A DNA stretch of 63,072 bases, filler included, from Olpidium bornovanus S191 (lineage: Eukaryota > Fungi > Olpidiomycota), in the NCBI GenBank assembly GCA_017911155.1. It is 29 parts of 29 records of this genome, joined end to end, with 100 filler letters (N's around TTAATTAATTAA, not from the genome) between each part and the next. Parts side by side here need not be neighbours in the genome. Positions count along the whole stretch, not along the records: positions 11,378 to 15,365 come from JAEFCI010001090.1; positions 15,466 to 17,448 come from JAEFCI010001599.1; positions 17,549 to 21,603 come from JAEFCI010008488.1; positions 21,704 to 23,734 come from JAEFCI010004461.1; positions 23,835 to 25,613 come from JAEFCI010008942.1; 24 more parts are not named here. One strand, written 5' to 3'. The stretch's first letter is position 1. Each line of letters begins with the position of its first letter. The notes beneath the pieces are model-generated. The model was not told the DNA's origin. It ran no database searches and saw only the letters and a program-made list of their open reading frames with translations. The position numbers and the translations under genes were made by a program. Of the stretch, positions 11,378 through 23,956 are shown piece after piece.

Positions 11378-12825
11378 CATGGAAGCTTAAAACCCGCGCG
11401 GAGGAGACCAATGCCGCCAAGTCGCATCAGATATGCACCCTGCTTGTTGGAAAACTCGTGGCCGACGTCGCGGAGCGGGTCAGGAGCAACCAGGTGGAGG
11501 AACAAAAAAAAGCAAGCTCCGCAGACATTGTCGTTTTCGTTCGCCGGCAGCGGGTTCTACTGCCCTGCTGCGGCCCCTGCTTTCCGGTTAATAAGAAACG
11601 CCGTCACACCAATCCCGCAGATAACAACGTTCGATGCTTTGCTTGGGGCGATGCGACACCTGCACCAGACGTACGCCAAAGAAGCAGCGGGTCCCGACAA
11701 GCACGCGGCATACTTCCGGGTGGAGATGGCCGCTTGGATGGAGCCATGTGGACGGTTGGCGGAGTCGCTAGTGGCCGGCGCCAAATCCCAGACTTCAGCA
11801 GACTATATGTTGCAGCTTGAAAAAGCGAAACACGAGTACGAGGTCCTCCAAGGTACTTAAGCGCAAATAAGAAAGGGTTCCACGATGTTTGCCGTTTCGG
11901 TGTTACCCGCAGCGAAACGACGCAGTGGTTTGTAAATGATGGGAACGGCGTCTTGCGGTTCGAAGCAAACCTTTTGAGAGGGGAAATTTCGTTAACATTT
12001 ATACATTGCCAACCGACTAGAACTGTACCAGAGCGTGGACACTGTCTACAAGAAGGAAGAAGAGTCAGCCAAGCAGTTACGAGCTGCAAAGTGAGCAAAT
12101 CGCGATGTGCTTGCTTTCGCTTTTCCCTAAACTGTCCCTTCTTCGCGATGAAATATTAACCGCGATCACACCCAGCATTGACCTCCGGTACGAAGCCATG
12201 GCAGCGCAGCGGACGCTGAGAGAAAACGAGCGGGAGATTGCCCAGCAGAGAGACCGGATCGGCGAGCTCGAGAACAAAGTCGCGAAGACCGAGGACGAGC
12301 TCAAGGCTGCGCAGGCGTCTCTGGAAGTTGAGAAGAAAGCCAATGAGGTCAGTCTTGCAAGGCTCAGAAACGGTCCCAGGGAAGAACGAAAGGGGAGAGA
12401 GAAACAACGTCAAACAAACCGGCGCGGAGCGACCGAAAGCGAAAGCGGAGACGTTTTTTGGGCCCTTTCCCCAAGGAGAAGCGTCTGTCACGCGCGAATC
12501 AACGGTTAACGCCCGGCGATCCCAACCTTTCAAGGCGCTAAGAAGCGATCACGCGAAAGAAGCGGCTGAGAAGAATGAGCAGATAGCGTGCGTTGTCGTC
12601 GCGGGGGGAAAACTGCGGGCGAAGTCGCTCGAACACAATCTGAACACGGCCGGTCCCCCTACACCCCCCCCTCCTTCCCCGCATTTCCATCCTTCCAGGT
12701 CCTTGAAAAAAGATAAAGGCGAGCTGGAAGCCGCGATCGCGCTCAGAGACGAGGAGAAAAAGGCTGACGTCGAGAAAAAAGAAAAAGAGAAAGAAGCAGA
12801 GGGCTGCAAGTGTGCCATCATGTAG
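11378..12825 (+). CDS. Guanylate-binding-protein (GBP)-like C-terminal helical/coiled-coil region ending in CaaX, 5'-partial
   Basis: Exons ~11378-11493, 11621-11852, 12021-12090, 12176-12347, 12535-~12587 and ~12699-12825. NAAKSHQICTLL has the N-x3-S-x3-C-x2-L spacing of GBP1 NQEASSDRCSALL; then LRHLHQTYAKEAAGPDK-type helix, a long heptad coil and the terminus GCKCAIM*. Confidence 0.62.
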
Positions 12826-13243
12826 CAGGGGGTTCCGGGCAAAAATATCATGTAATGAAATTCGGCGCATCCGGCAATAATTTGAATTATTATCAGAGTT
12901 TGCGGACCGTTTCTGAAGGGCGGGGATGACCCGGACCAAGGCTGTGTGCAAGCGGAGTCAACGCAACCGCCAAAAGCAGCTGTAGCGGCCAGCACGTGCA
13001 TGTCCGGAGGTGGAAGCGGTAAGGTTGGGGCCTAGCGGGTCAACCACGTGACAACCGGAAAACCTTTTCCGTTCCTCGCCAGCGCGGCGTGCTCCAGATG
13101 GTATTGCAGTGAATCAAAACGCGTAAATCCTTGACCACGCTGAATCCCTCGCAACTTTCACTTCCCGGCAAAAACTCTCCTGCAAAAAACAAAAGACCTC
13201 TCGCACGACGTGATGAAATCAATTGCCTCCTTTTGAAGGCCGG

Positions 13244-15077
13244 CTAATGCCCAACCATCTCGTTGTCTACGGAGCCCTGATCTGATGCCATAACTAAGAC
13301 AAGCAATGGTATCATCATCAATTAGTTAACCAGACGTAATGTACCTCAGCAGTTCGCGAACATACCAGACATTAGTCCCCATTCTCCTTCGTAGTTTGCT
13401 GTATTAAATAGGAGGCAGATAAAGAGTTGTAAATAATGATTCGGCACTTACCCGGACTGTTATGAAACCCTTAGATACCGAGTACCTTTCCATAACCGCA
13501 CTCGCCCGTCGTCGCCGGAGCTGCTGAGGACGGTCCCCGTCACATTCCACTCGACCCTCCACACTTCGGCTTCGTGATCCCGAAACTCCCAAGCCTTCAC
13601 TATCCGGAATTTGCCGGGGCCGGGGGACGCACTAATGCCTGAAGCACCGCCGTTAACCAACCGAGAGGGCTCCCCAGCCAGTTTGAAAATGCGGACGCGG
13701 CCGTCTTTGCACGCCGTAGCGATGAGTTGGTATGAGCGGCCCAGGGATGGCGCCCAGGCTACGTCGTGCACCACGTCGGTGTGCCCCGGCAGCGTCTCCT
13801 GTGCATGCCATCGGTTGTTCTGGTCCATACGGAATATCTGTTCTTCGGAGAGACAGCACGATTCGAAGGTCAGTACTGCTCATTTATCGGCCGCATCCCG
13901 AATAAATACCCCACGCTTTCTACACCTTAGCAGCGTGTTCCTTCCCAAAGCCGATCACCATCGTCGGTGGGTGGAACTTGCTGGGGCACCAACTGATGCA
14001 ATAGTTCCCCTCCGCTTCCTTTCCCCCGCCAGAGCCAACTTGGAATTCCTCCATTAGCGTCCACGACGCCAGGTTCATAACCTCCATCGCTTCATATATG
14101 CGGACAACTCCTTCAGACGCGGACGCAGCCTGCAAAATACCATCGCATTAACACTTCAGCTTGGCGCGTACACCATTTGCCAGGGTCGTATACGACGCGC
14201 ACCAGTTTCAGGCCAACGTGATTTGGGGCAAAAGCAATGTTTTGCACAGCTCCTTGGCTGTCTACCAAGCGGGCTTTTTCTGCCCAGCGACGGCCCGACC
14301 CTTTTGCCTCTGCATATTTGAAACGGCAGCGGTGCGCATTGAGGATATGCTAATTTGCCAGAGGACTTGCTTGTTTCGGAACCAGCAACCGGAACTTCAC
14401 CTTGCTCTTGCTCTTCCCATATACGTACAGACCTGTCAAACGAGCAGGACGCAATGACTTGACCATACTCCGGGTGTGCCCATACAACTTTTAGTATTGA
14501 ACAGTCGTGAGCCTACGTAACACGCCAGGGTACCAGGTCAGGCACAATCCGGACGTTTGCCTTTCTCAACGCAGACCCTCTGAGATCTGACAAAGCCAGC
14601 ACGGATATCGGGAAAGCGAACCAGTGACCGCACGTCGAAACCGGGCTCGTTCCACTAAAATGCTTCCACAGCGGCACTCTCGTCCACGACAACATTCACC
14701 TTCCAAGAGTCGCAAAGTTTCCATTCTCCTGTCTCCGCGTCAAAGTCCCAAACTTTGAGCTTTTGATCCGACGAACAAGTGGCAATCCTTCTGCCATAAA
14801 AGTCGTAGGCCACGTCGTGAATGAGGTCGTCTGGCGGCCAACAGACGCGGGCAGTGACGTATCAGCTTGCTGCAAGGAAACTCGTGACGTGCTGTGGGCA
14901 CCGCGCGCGCGCTTCCCAGCGTCCGGACGCAACTGCGGCCATCGCGGAGCGCGGCTTTTGCGAGCTCCGTGCATCTCCGTGTCCGGACGTCCACGCAAAC
15001 TTCTCTTCCCGCCGCAGCATACCATGGTGGGTGTCGAACCTCGACGAGACGACGGGGCCGGCATCGGCGGCGTTCAT
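13244..15077 (-). CDS. SEH1: Nucleoporin/GATOR2-SEACAT subunit Seh1 (WD40), complete, ~8 exons
   Basis: [29 protein letters not shown]; [27 protein letters not shown]; [23 protein letters not shown]; [25 protein letters not shown]. Canonical splice sites. Confidence 0.95.
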
Positions 15078-16207
15078 AGGGAGCGGCGAACCTGGTACAC
15101 AAAGGGTGCGAGCTTTGGGCAGAGCACGGCGGTGGGTGGGTGGGTGGGGGGGGGGGGGGGGGCATATGGGGGGATGGGGGGGAATGGGGGGGGGTCTCCG
15201 AAATCCGTCCCGCCCTGCAGCGAGAGTGAGCTGCGCCTGTTTCGCATGGACGCTGTCCTTCTGAGAAATAAAGGGCTGGCCAAATACAGCATACAGCGCT
15301 TCCAATGCATCGCTTTGAAGCGATGCTTTCCGTTTGGTTCTGGGTAGAATGCAAGTGGCGGGAACNNNNNNNNNNNNNNNNNNNNNNNNNNNNNNNNNNN
15401 NNNNNNNNNTTAATTAATTAANNNNNNNNNNNNNNNNNNNNNNNNNNNNNNNNNNNNNNNNNNNNGGCTGAATCCGCCGGGTCTCATGTCCGAGGTAAAA
15501 TAAACGTGCGCGCGAGGGAGCGGATGCCCGGGCCGGGTCTTCAGGGGACCGGACCCGGCAGCGCACACGTCCTGTCCCGGCACATGATGATGTTTTCTTC
15601 TTCGGCAGAGCAGGCGTAGCAGCAGCACAGCCTCCCCCCAGCCCCCCAGCCACGCAAACGGTTTGCAGGCCGGTCGCGGCATATGCCGGGCAGCTACTTA
15701 TTACTACCGCTTGGTATGTTTTACAACCTCAACCCCCCCCCCCACCTTCCCCCCAGACCGTACGGGGGAGGGAGAGGGGAGGGGGGCGGCCGGAGGATGT
15801 GCCTCTTCTTCTTCTTCTTCTTCTTCTCTTGGACGTGCGCGTGTGGCGTTGGTGTTTAGCCGGTGCGGGGAGCGGGCTGGCGGGGAAGCCCCGGCACCAT
15901 TCCCCGCCGCTCGGCGGTCGTACTTTTTTTTTTGGTTTTTTTCTCTCTGTTTACTTTCTTTTTTCGCGTAAACCTGGAGAAAACGAGGAAAAAGAGGGGG
16001 AAAAAAAGAAAGAGAGAGAACTCGCGCACTCATATTTCACCCCCCGCGACACTCTCGCGCGGCCTCATCGCGCGGAGGAGGTAGGAGTGAACGAATAACA
16101 AGGAAAGGAGCGAGCGAGCGTTGCGAGCGAGCAGGGAGATCGCCGCGGTGCGGGGAGAAAGAGAGAGAGGAAGAGAAAGAGAGAGAGAACGAGAAAGAGA
16201 GAGAGAA

Positions 16208-16242
<35 letters not shown>

Positions 16243-16309
16243 AGCGCCCGGCGCGTGAGTGAAAAGGAGCGTCGGGGTTAGCCGGGCGGCAGCGCGGTCG
16301 GGTCTTCGA

Positions 16310-17448
16310 ATGCACGCGGGCGGGAGCGTCGTGGCGTCGTCGTCGTCGTCGTCGTCGTCATCGTCGTCGTTATCGTTATCGTCGTCGTCGTGCTGCGGGC
16401 CGGACCCGCGACGCGTCGACGTAGCCTGCCTCTGCCGCACGGCAGAGGAGGAAACGCATGGTCGCCCCGATTATTTCTTCAGTGACAAAGCTTCGTCTTC
16501 CGCGAGCGCCACTGCCGACGAGTTCGACTACGGTGACGGCGACAAGGGCGATGAAGACGACGGCGACGGCGGCGGCAGCGACGGTGACAGCGACGACGGC
16601 GGCGGCGGCGATGACGTCAGCGGCGACGACGTCAGCGGCAACGGCGACGTCAACGGCGGTGACGACAGCGACGACGACAGCGACGATGACGTCGAGGACG
16701 AGAGCGACGACGGCGACGACGGCGATGACGGCGAAATGGGGACGGCGACCACTTCGCACCTCGAGCTCATGCCCGCTGAGATGCTCAGGATCATCACCCG
16801 GTTCGTCGTTGATCCACCGGCGCCGTCCGGGGTGGAGGACGACCACCGCGCGTCTCTTCGCAGCTTTCTGGCCCTGGCCGGGACCAGCAGCCACATGCGC
16901 AGCGTTCTCTACGATGACGCCCCGACTTGGCAAGCCGTCGCGGCCACGCAGTTTGACGCCGCCGCCGCCCTGAGGAGGAACGGGCCGTACGACCTGGGCG
17001 GCAAGCTCGACGCGGGCGCGGTACGCGACAGCGTGGCCCACCGCGCCGGCCTCGTTGCCAAGATTTCGGAGGCTGTCCCGAGGTGCCTGCACGGCACGCG
17101 AGACGAAATCGAGGACTTTGAGGGTTACGTCAACAACGTCATGTGGAATCTCGTGACCCAGAACGGTGAGGCCGGTTCGGAGCACTCCGCCCTCGGCACA
17201 CCGCCGCCCGCCCGCGAACCGGCGTCACAGGTGCGTTAAACCTAGTGAGCGACCCTAAGTCGTCGCGCACTCGATCTTCCCCCCCCCCCCTTTCCCCCTC
17301 ACCCTCCTTCCAACCGAAGACGGAATCAACGGCAAGCGACTCCTGGACGCCGGATTCATCGACGCGCTCGTGAAAATGCTTCCCGCCGGCGAACGCGGCG
17401 CCGTGAATATGGCTCCAAGAAGCCTCCTTTTCGCTCTATCCTGCATGA
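16310..17448 (+). CDS. F-box protein with Ser- and Asp/Gly-rich N-terminus, 3'-partial
   Basis: HLELMPAEMLRIITRFV...FLALAGTSSHMRSVL is an F-box pattern; intron after ~17166; next exon DGINGKRLLDAGFIDALVKML. Start codon uncertain. Confidence 0.65.
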
Positions 17449-17548
17449 NNNNNNNNNNNNNNNNNNNNNNNNNNNNNNNNNNNNNNNNNNNNTTAATTAA
17501 TTAANNNNNNNNNNNNNNNNNNNNNNNNNNNNNNNNNNNNNNNNNNNN

Positions 17549-18390
17549 CATGCCGTCGTCTGGGAGGCGCGGGGTGGATGACTCGTCAGAGACGGCCCAC
17601 CAAACTCGCCGAGGACTTCGACACCAGCAACGAACGCCGCAGGAAAAGCCATTCGTGAAATGAGTACGTCCGAACCTTCTTCGATACCGCTGGCGTCCTC
17701 GTCTTCGTCGTCGTCCTCGTCGTCCCCGTCCTCGTCTTCATCATCTTCGTCATCGCGGTCGCTGCCCTCATCGTTCTCGTTGTCCGCACCGAGATCTCTC
17801 TGCATATCGGCATCCAGCTCCAGGTCCATTTCGAAATCTGATTCCCCTTCCTCGGGGACGGTGCTGACCGCCTCGTTGAAAAAACCGTCCTCGTCGAACT
17901 CTTGCGACGCAAGCCCCGGCGTGCCCATTTCCGAGTCGGAGACGCCTTGTTCGACGACGTCGTGCACCTCTTAAGTATCCCGGCGCGGAGAACGGACTAG
18001 TTGCGTGAATCGCCGGCCGGGATCGCACGATAAACCGCGGCACCGATCCGTTCCTGGGCGTACCGTACTTGACCTCTGCCGCCGCCGCGTCTTCCTGGAG
18101 GAGCCGCTCCACCTCCCGCTCGACGACCTCGATGGTCTTTCGTACGCACAAAAAAAACGTATCAGCTGCTTTGCTGTTTTCGCCATGCGAGACGTACGGC
18201 GGAGGACGAAAACAATCCGATGTCAAAGCACCTTCTTTGATATTCGTTTTCGGAACCGGCGACGCCGGACGCTCTTTAGCGGCGGCGCAATCCCGTCCGG
18301 GAAAAGCACGTCCTCAGGCGACACGGTCGTCAGATCCGACTCGGGGGTCAGCTGCCGCTCGTCGACGATGAGCAGCTAGAAGGGCGGAAG

Positions 18391-18458
<68 letters not shown>

Positions 18459-19255
18459 GGAAGGCATGCGACCGGTCGGTCGGATGTCCACTGCTTGTCT
18501 TGTCGTGTGCCCGGAGCCGGTCAGTTTCGACAACGCACCTGGCACACGTCGGCGATCTTGAAAAGCTGCGTGTTGTCGAACGTCTTGTGCGACTCGAGCA
18601 GCGTGGGCAGGTCCACCAGGACTGCCCGGTGCCTTTCGCCGCCAAATTCGAAGATCGCGCAGCGTTCGCCTGGTCGTCCGGCGGCAAGGCAAAAGCGGAC
18701 AAGTGGTATACCGGGCGGGCGTTTGTCGTCAGGTAAGCGCGCGAAGTCGCCGCTGCGGAACACGCCATTACAAAATCGACGGTCGAGAACAAGGTCTCGC
18801 CGTCCATATTTTGCGGCCCGGTGGAGAGGGGAAAGAGCAGCGACGCGCCGTCGGGGGAGGTGGGGCGCGAGGCACGCACTCTTGAACGTGAAGGACGTGT
18901 CCTCCGGCACCGCCCTGTTTCGCACGGCCTCGCTGAACTTGTCGCACATCCTGCCCTTCGGCAACCTCAGCAGGAGGTGCTCCTCTACCGCCGGGTCCGC
19001 CTCCGGCTCGTCCTCCTCCCTCCGCGGCGTGGCCAGCACGAGCGACGGGCGTCTTGATATTAAAACCTTGTACTGGCCGGCCGGCCGCTCGCCGCCGTTA
19101 GAGGCGCTGGCCGGCTCAGCATTTCCGGCGGCGGGAGCGGCGGCGGAAGCGGCAGCGGCCGGCTGTCCCGGCGGTTGCGGCAGAGGCCTCCGTTGCTGTT
19201 GCGGCAGAGGCTTCGCGATATCCTGCTGGTCCTTCTGCGGCCGCGGTTGTTGCTC

Positions 19256-19294
<39 letters not shown>

Positions 19295-19357
19295 AGCATT
19301 GGCCTGCGCTTGCCCCAGCGGCAGCTTGAGCCGCACCTTCAGCTTCGGGGTCGACAT
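17549..19357 (-). CDS. TAF7: TFIID subunit TAF7, spliced, 3'-partial
   Basis: EEHLLLRLP; LVDLPTLLESHKTFDNTQLFKIADVCQ; DGIAPPLKSVRRRRFRKR; IEVVEREVERLLQED. Also an N-terminal polyQ tract (~19232-19293) and an acidic C-terminal tract. Confidence 0.93.
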
Positions 19358-19712
19358 TGCTCCCGCGTCAGGCCGGTCGGCAATCCCGGTCATTCAGCCA
19401 CGTGGAGCGCTTGTTTGCTCGTCCCTTCGGCCGGGCGGCGGTTCCCTTCTTTTCCGGGGCGCACCAGCGTCGTTCGACCACCCCCGCTCCCGTTCCCACC
19501 ACACCCGCGCACACGCACACACACTCGACGCATGCACCGAATGAAAGCCAAGGTTGGTCAGCTGTAAGACGTTCCTAGAATTTTACGGCGAGTTTACGTT
19601 CGCCCCGTTTCTACTTTTACTTTTGTGAGCTAGCGGCCCTGATATTTGAAAAGAAACGCGCGTGTCCGGTTTAACCAAGAATTTGCGCTGCCGCGAGCGC
19701 TGGCTGCTGCTT

Positions 19713-21603
19713 CTACGCCGTCGCGAACCAGGCTCGATCCGCGTTGCTAGCGACCACCGAGCCTCTGTCGGCAACGCCTCCTGCCGCCTGGGGCGGGCTA
19801 CCGGGACCGCCTGCGCTGCTGCTGCTCCGGGACAGACTTTTCTTTGCGTGCTGCCTCCTAAACTCCAGCTCCGCCCTCTGGATGAGCACTTCGAGGTTTT
19901 CGTGCGGAGCCGGATGCCTGCCGGACGCGAGCTGCACCTCAGCCGCGGTAGCACGGCTTACCGACGCCCGGCCCACCGACCCCGCACCAGCCAGGTTCGG
20001 TGCACGACTATCGGGACCACCCCTCACGACCGTGATTTGCGGCGGAGCAACGCTGTGGGGTCGGTCGATTCCCTGGTGAAAAAAAAAAACGATGTGTTAT
20101 CGACGATATACATCCGGGAAGGCGGAAAGTCAACCGAGCAAATAAAGGTCTCACCAACATCCTGGTCAACGCCGACATGTCGGAAATCCCTGCGGACAAA
20201 GATGCTACGTCGGCGCGTCGTTGCAGAACCTGCTTGGCCCGGTAACCGAAGGACTCCACGCATGTATATTCTCGTCATCTCTATTGCCGACTGCGCCACC
20301 TGCTGCCATAGGCAACTGCGTGTATCGACCGTCCCACGCGACTCGCTCCTTCTGCGTTCTCGGCAACGTTGCCCGCATCACTTCTCCTGGAGTTGTTGGC
20401 TGGTCAGCTTTCCCACTATCAGCAGCTCGCGGTACCTGCGCTGAATCCGTTGCTTCGATTCCAGTGGACGCTACCGTCGGTAAACTCGGATCCTGTTGCT
20501 CCTGGGAAGATACTTGTTTGTCGGTCGTTGCTGCAGCAGATTGCCGGTGGGGTGATGGTGCACGCTGTCGACACGCGGCAACCGGTGCGTCAGCCGGACT
20601 TCTGATCTGTTCTGCCGGCTGACTGACCGCCTTACGCCGCGCGAGGATCTGCTCCAGCTCCTGAACGAGATTTCGAAAAACAGGAGAGCTGGCCACGGCA
20701 GCGGACGCAGGGTCTATCTCCTGGATGCTTCCGAACAGTTGACTCGTGTCAATCGATTGCAGGACTGGCGCCCGAGTCCCGGAGGCGGCCGCGGGCGTTC
20801 GCGCTGGCCGCAGCAACCACCTTCGTGGTAGGCTGAGCCGCAAGCACTTCCGCGAGATCGGCCGGACTCGACCTTTCGGCGGCCTCGGTGACTGCCGCTG
20901 ACCACCTCGCCGCCTGCGGAAAGCACCTTGGCAAGGTTCTTCCGACGGAGCGGAGTAATTCCTCTCCAGCGGCTTAGGCTGGTTTGCTTGACACCTGAGC
21001 GGCGATGAGTCGAGCAACATCGACTCGGAGGCCTCCGAGAAAACGTGTTGCGCCGCGCGATCTGCTTTGACGAACGGCCGGTAGTACCCGCCGCCGGCCT
21101 TCCCGACAGGCAGAGGAGAAGCCGCTTCTGCCTGCCCGGAAACGGGTGGAAGTATCCGCCGGTCGCGCCGACAATCGCCTTCCGGGAAACGGGCGCGGAC
21201 TCCGTGCGCCCCGGGAACAGCCGGTAATACCCTGCGGCCATCCCGACTGTTCGCCCACCACCTGGGCCTCTCCGCCTGCGGAGCGGCCCAGGCGGGATTC
21301 CCTGCGTGGCCTAAGACGGGCCGACGGGCGGCTGCTCACTCGGCGGCGGGCGGCTGCTCACTCGGCGGCGAGACGCCAACAGGAGGAGCGGCGGAAGACG
21401 CCTCGGTCGCGAGCGGGCTTGCCTGACGCCGCGCAAAGGAGATCCAAGGATCAACCCAGGGCAGCCGCCACATTGTCCACCTCATGCGCAATTGGCAAAC
21501 CCGTGGCCGACGCTGACGGCAGCGCCGACTTTGCTGGCTGCTCCGAATCCGCCGCCGGAATCGCCGCCACTGTCTGAGGCTCCTCCTTCACCCGCATCGC
21601 CTC
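19713..21603 (-). CDS. Hypothetical disordered Ala/Pro/Ser-rich protein, C-terminal part
   Basis: Overlapping long minus-strand frames (20205-21020, 20008-20259, 19713-20027) that can be joined by GT-AG introns. No domain recognised. Confidence 0.35.
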
Positions 21604-21703
21604 NNNNNNNNNNNNNNNNNNNNNNNNNNNNNNNNNNNNNNNNNNNNTTAATTAATTAANNNNNNNNNNNNNNNNNNNNNNNNNNNNNNNNNNNNNNNNN
21701 NNN

Positions 21704-23524
21704 CAATTTGGCCGCGATGGTCTCCCACTGCTTCCTCTGGTACGGCCCTAAGATCGTGAAGCAAACGAGAGAGATGCTCAAGGGCAGCCACCGATCCGGA
21801 ACGGACATCCACAACGAGATCATGAAAAACTAGTTAAGCCCAGTTTCCGTGGAGAAATGGGGGGGGGGCCGGGAGAGGGGGAGGCGGGATTGATCTCCAG
21901 ATTTCAATTAAAATGAAGCGGACGCGTGTTTCGTCATTATTTTTTTTCTCAGCCCCGAGGTTCCGGAATGGGTGTACGCCGGAACGATCGGATTCTTCAC
22001 TGTCGCCATGTGCCTCGTGGGCGCGTTCACTCCGTTCACGGTGCGTCCGCTCGATGCATTGCCGGGGGATCTCAGATGCATGTGGGAGAGCCCTAACGGT
22101 GCTTTGCGACTTGATTTGGCAGATGCCGGTCTGGTCCGTCCTCCTCTGCGTGTTTCTTTCCGCCTTCTTCACACTGCCCACTGGATTTATTGGTGAGCGG
22201 AGACGTGGTTTTTTTTTGTTTCATTTTCCTTCCACGCATCGTTACTCTGTTTTACAATTCCGCTTACCTCCGCGTTTGACGACATGCAATATCTGCAACG
22301 CAAAAGTCTCCGTGATCGGTCAGGTCGTGCACCTGAACGTGCTCACCGAGTTCATCATCGGCCTGATCATTCCGGGCAAGACGGTAACGGTAATGGCGTT
22401 CAAGTCCCTCGGCGTCAACGTGCAGAACCAGGCGCTGGCCCTCCTCTCTGATCTCAAGCTCGGCCACTACCTCCACGTGAGTCGGGGAAAAGAAAAGCGC
22501 TTTCCGAGGGGGTTTTTTTTTTTCGAGGGCTTGCGCGTTTTGGCCCTTCCCGTCCCCCCTCCTTTCTTTTCCCTCCCTTTACCCTCCCGCTCTCAGGCAA
22601 AATCATTCATTTTTTAAATTCTTCTCTCTCTCGCGCGCGGGGCCGGGGCGTATGTGGGGCCCGGCCCGTCAGATCCCTCCCCGGCAGATGCTCATAACGC
22701 AGTTCTACGGGACGGTAATCGGGGCGCTGGTGCAGACCTACGTCTGCATTTCCATGGTGGAGTCGGACAGCTGGCTCTCCGTGCTTGGCGACCCGAACGC
22801 GGGCTGGTCAGCGAACACCTACAAGGTGTTTGCCAACGCCGGCGCGATCTGGGGCGCCGTCGGGCCTGCCCGCTTCTTCGGCGGGCCGTACGCCGTCCTC
22901 TACTACGCCTTCGTCGCCGGCTTTGCGCTGCCGTTCCTCCCATGGCTCGCCAACAGGGCCCGGCCGTCCAGGTTATGGCAGTACGTCAACATTCCGATGC
23001 TGTCCCTCCCGTTTACCACCCCGGGGTTCCCGCAGGTGAGAGAGAAATGGGATAAGAGAGAGAGAGAGCCCGCCGGCCCAACGCCCCTGGACCCGGGGGC
23101 AAAAAACTCGCGCGCGTCGCGGTGTTCTCTTTTCCTTCTGTGCTTGTTCGTTCCTTTGTTTACGCCGTTGGAAAAAAAGTCGTAAAGATTTACGCGCGCG
23201 TGGGTGACGGAGGGGAGAAGAAGGTTCACCACGAAAACCGGTTGTTTTTTCCCCTCCACCATCCAGAACTTCTACCTCTCGGGCTTCGTCATCGCATTCA
23301 TCTTCCAGTACTACGTGTTCCGGCGGCAGTACGACTGGTACGCCAAGTACAACTACGTGTTGGCGTCGGCGTTCGACGCCGGCATGGCCGTAGCCGTCGC
23401 CGTCGGCAGCCAGCTGCTCGAAGCCTGCCCCGCGCCCAAGTGGGCGGGAAACCCGGCCGCGGTGGCCTCCGACTACTACTGCGTCGAGTGGGGCGCGTGG
23501 GCCGCCCCGTCCGGCGGGAAGTAA
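21704..23524 (+). CDS. OPT-family oligopeptide transporter, C-terminal half
   Basis: DIHNEIMK..PEVPEW; LNVLTEFIIGLIIPGK..MAFKSLG..QALALLSDLKLGHYLH|IPPRQM; IWGAVGPARFFG; WYAKYNYVLASAFDAG; stop at 23524. Confidence 0.95.
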
Positions 23525-23956
23525 GCGGGGGCCGGTGTCGGCCGGGGGGAAAAGGGTGGTGGGTTCAGAATTATTTTTTCCCACCGACCGTTTTTTAGTT
23601 TTCCCCCGCACTCTCGCGCCCGCGCGCCCATCTCCCACTCCGCCCTCCCCGCAACGCGCGCACCGCACACTGGCACATATCCCCCGGTACCCAGAAAAGC
23701 CAAAAAAAAAAAAAAAAAAAAAAAACAAAAAGTCNNNNNNNNNNNNNNNNNNNNNNNNNNNNNNNNNNNNNNNNNNNNTTAATTAATTAANNNNNNNNNN
23801 NNNNNNNNNNNNNNNNNNNNNNNNNNNNNNNNNNAGAGCTTCCCCGCCCCTCCCGACCAACGACATAAAAATGGGAGGTGGTGGAGGGAGGGGGAAGGGC
23901 GGGTGATGGGAGCCCTCTGCCTTCGGGTCGGACGGGTAGATTTCTTTTTTTCATGC

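Noticed and set aside
12825-13244. Functional link between the convergent GBP-like and SEH1 genes
   Set aside because: This is an ordinary tail-to-tail arrangement with no overlap or shared element visible.
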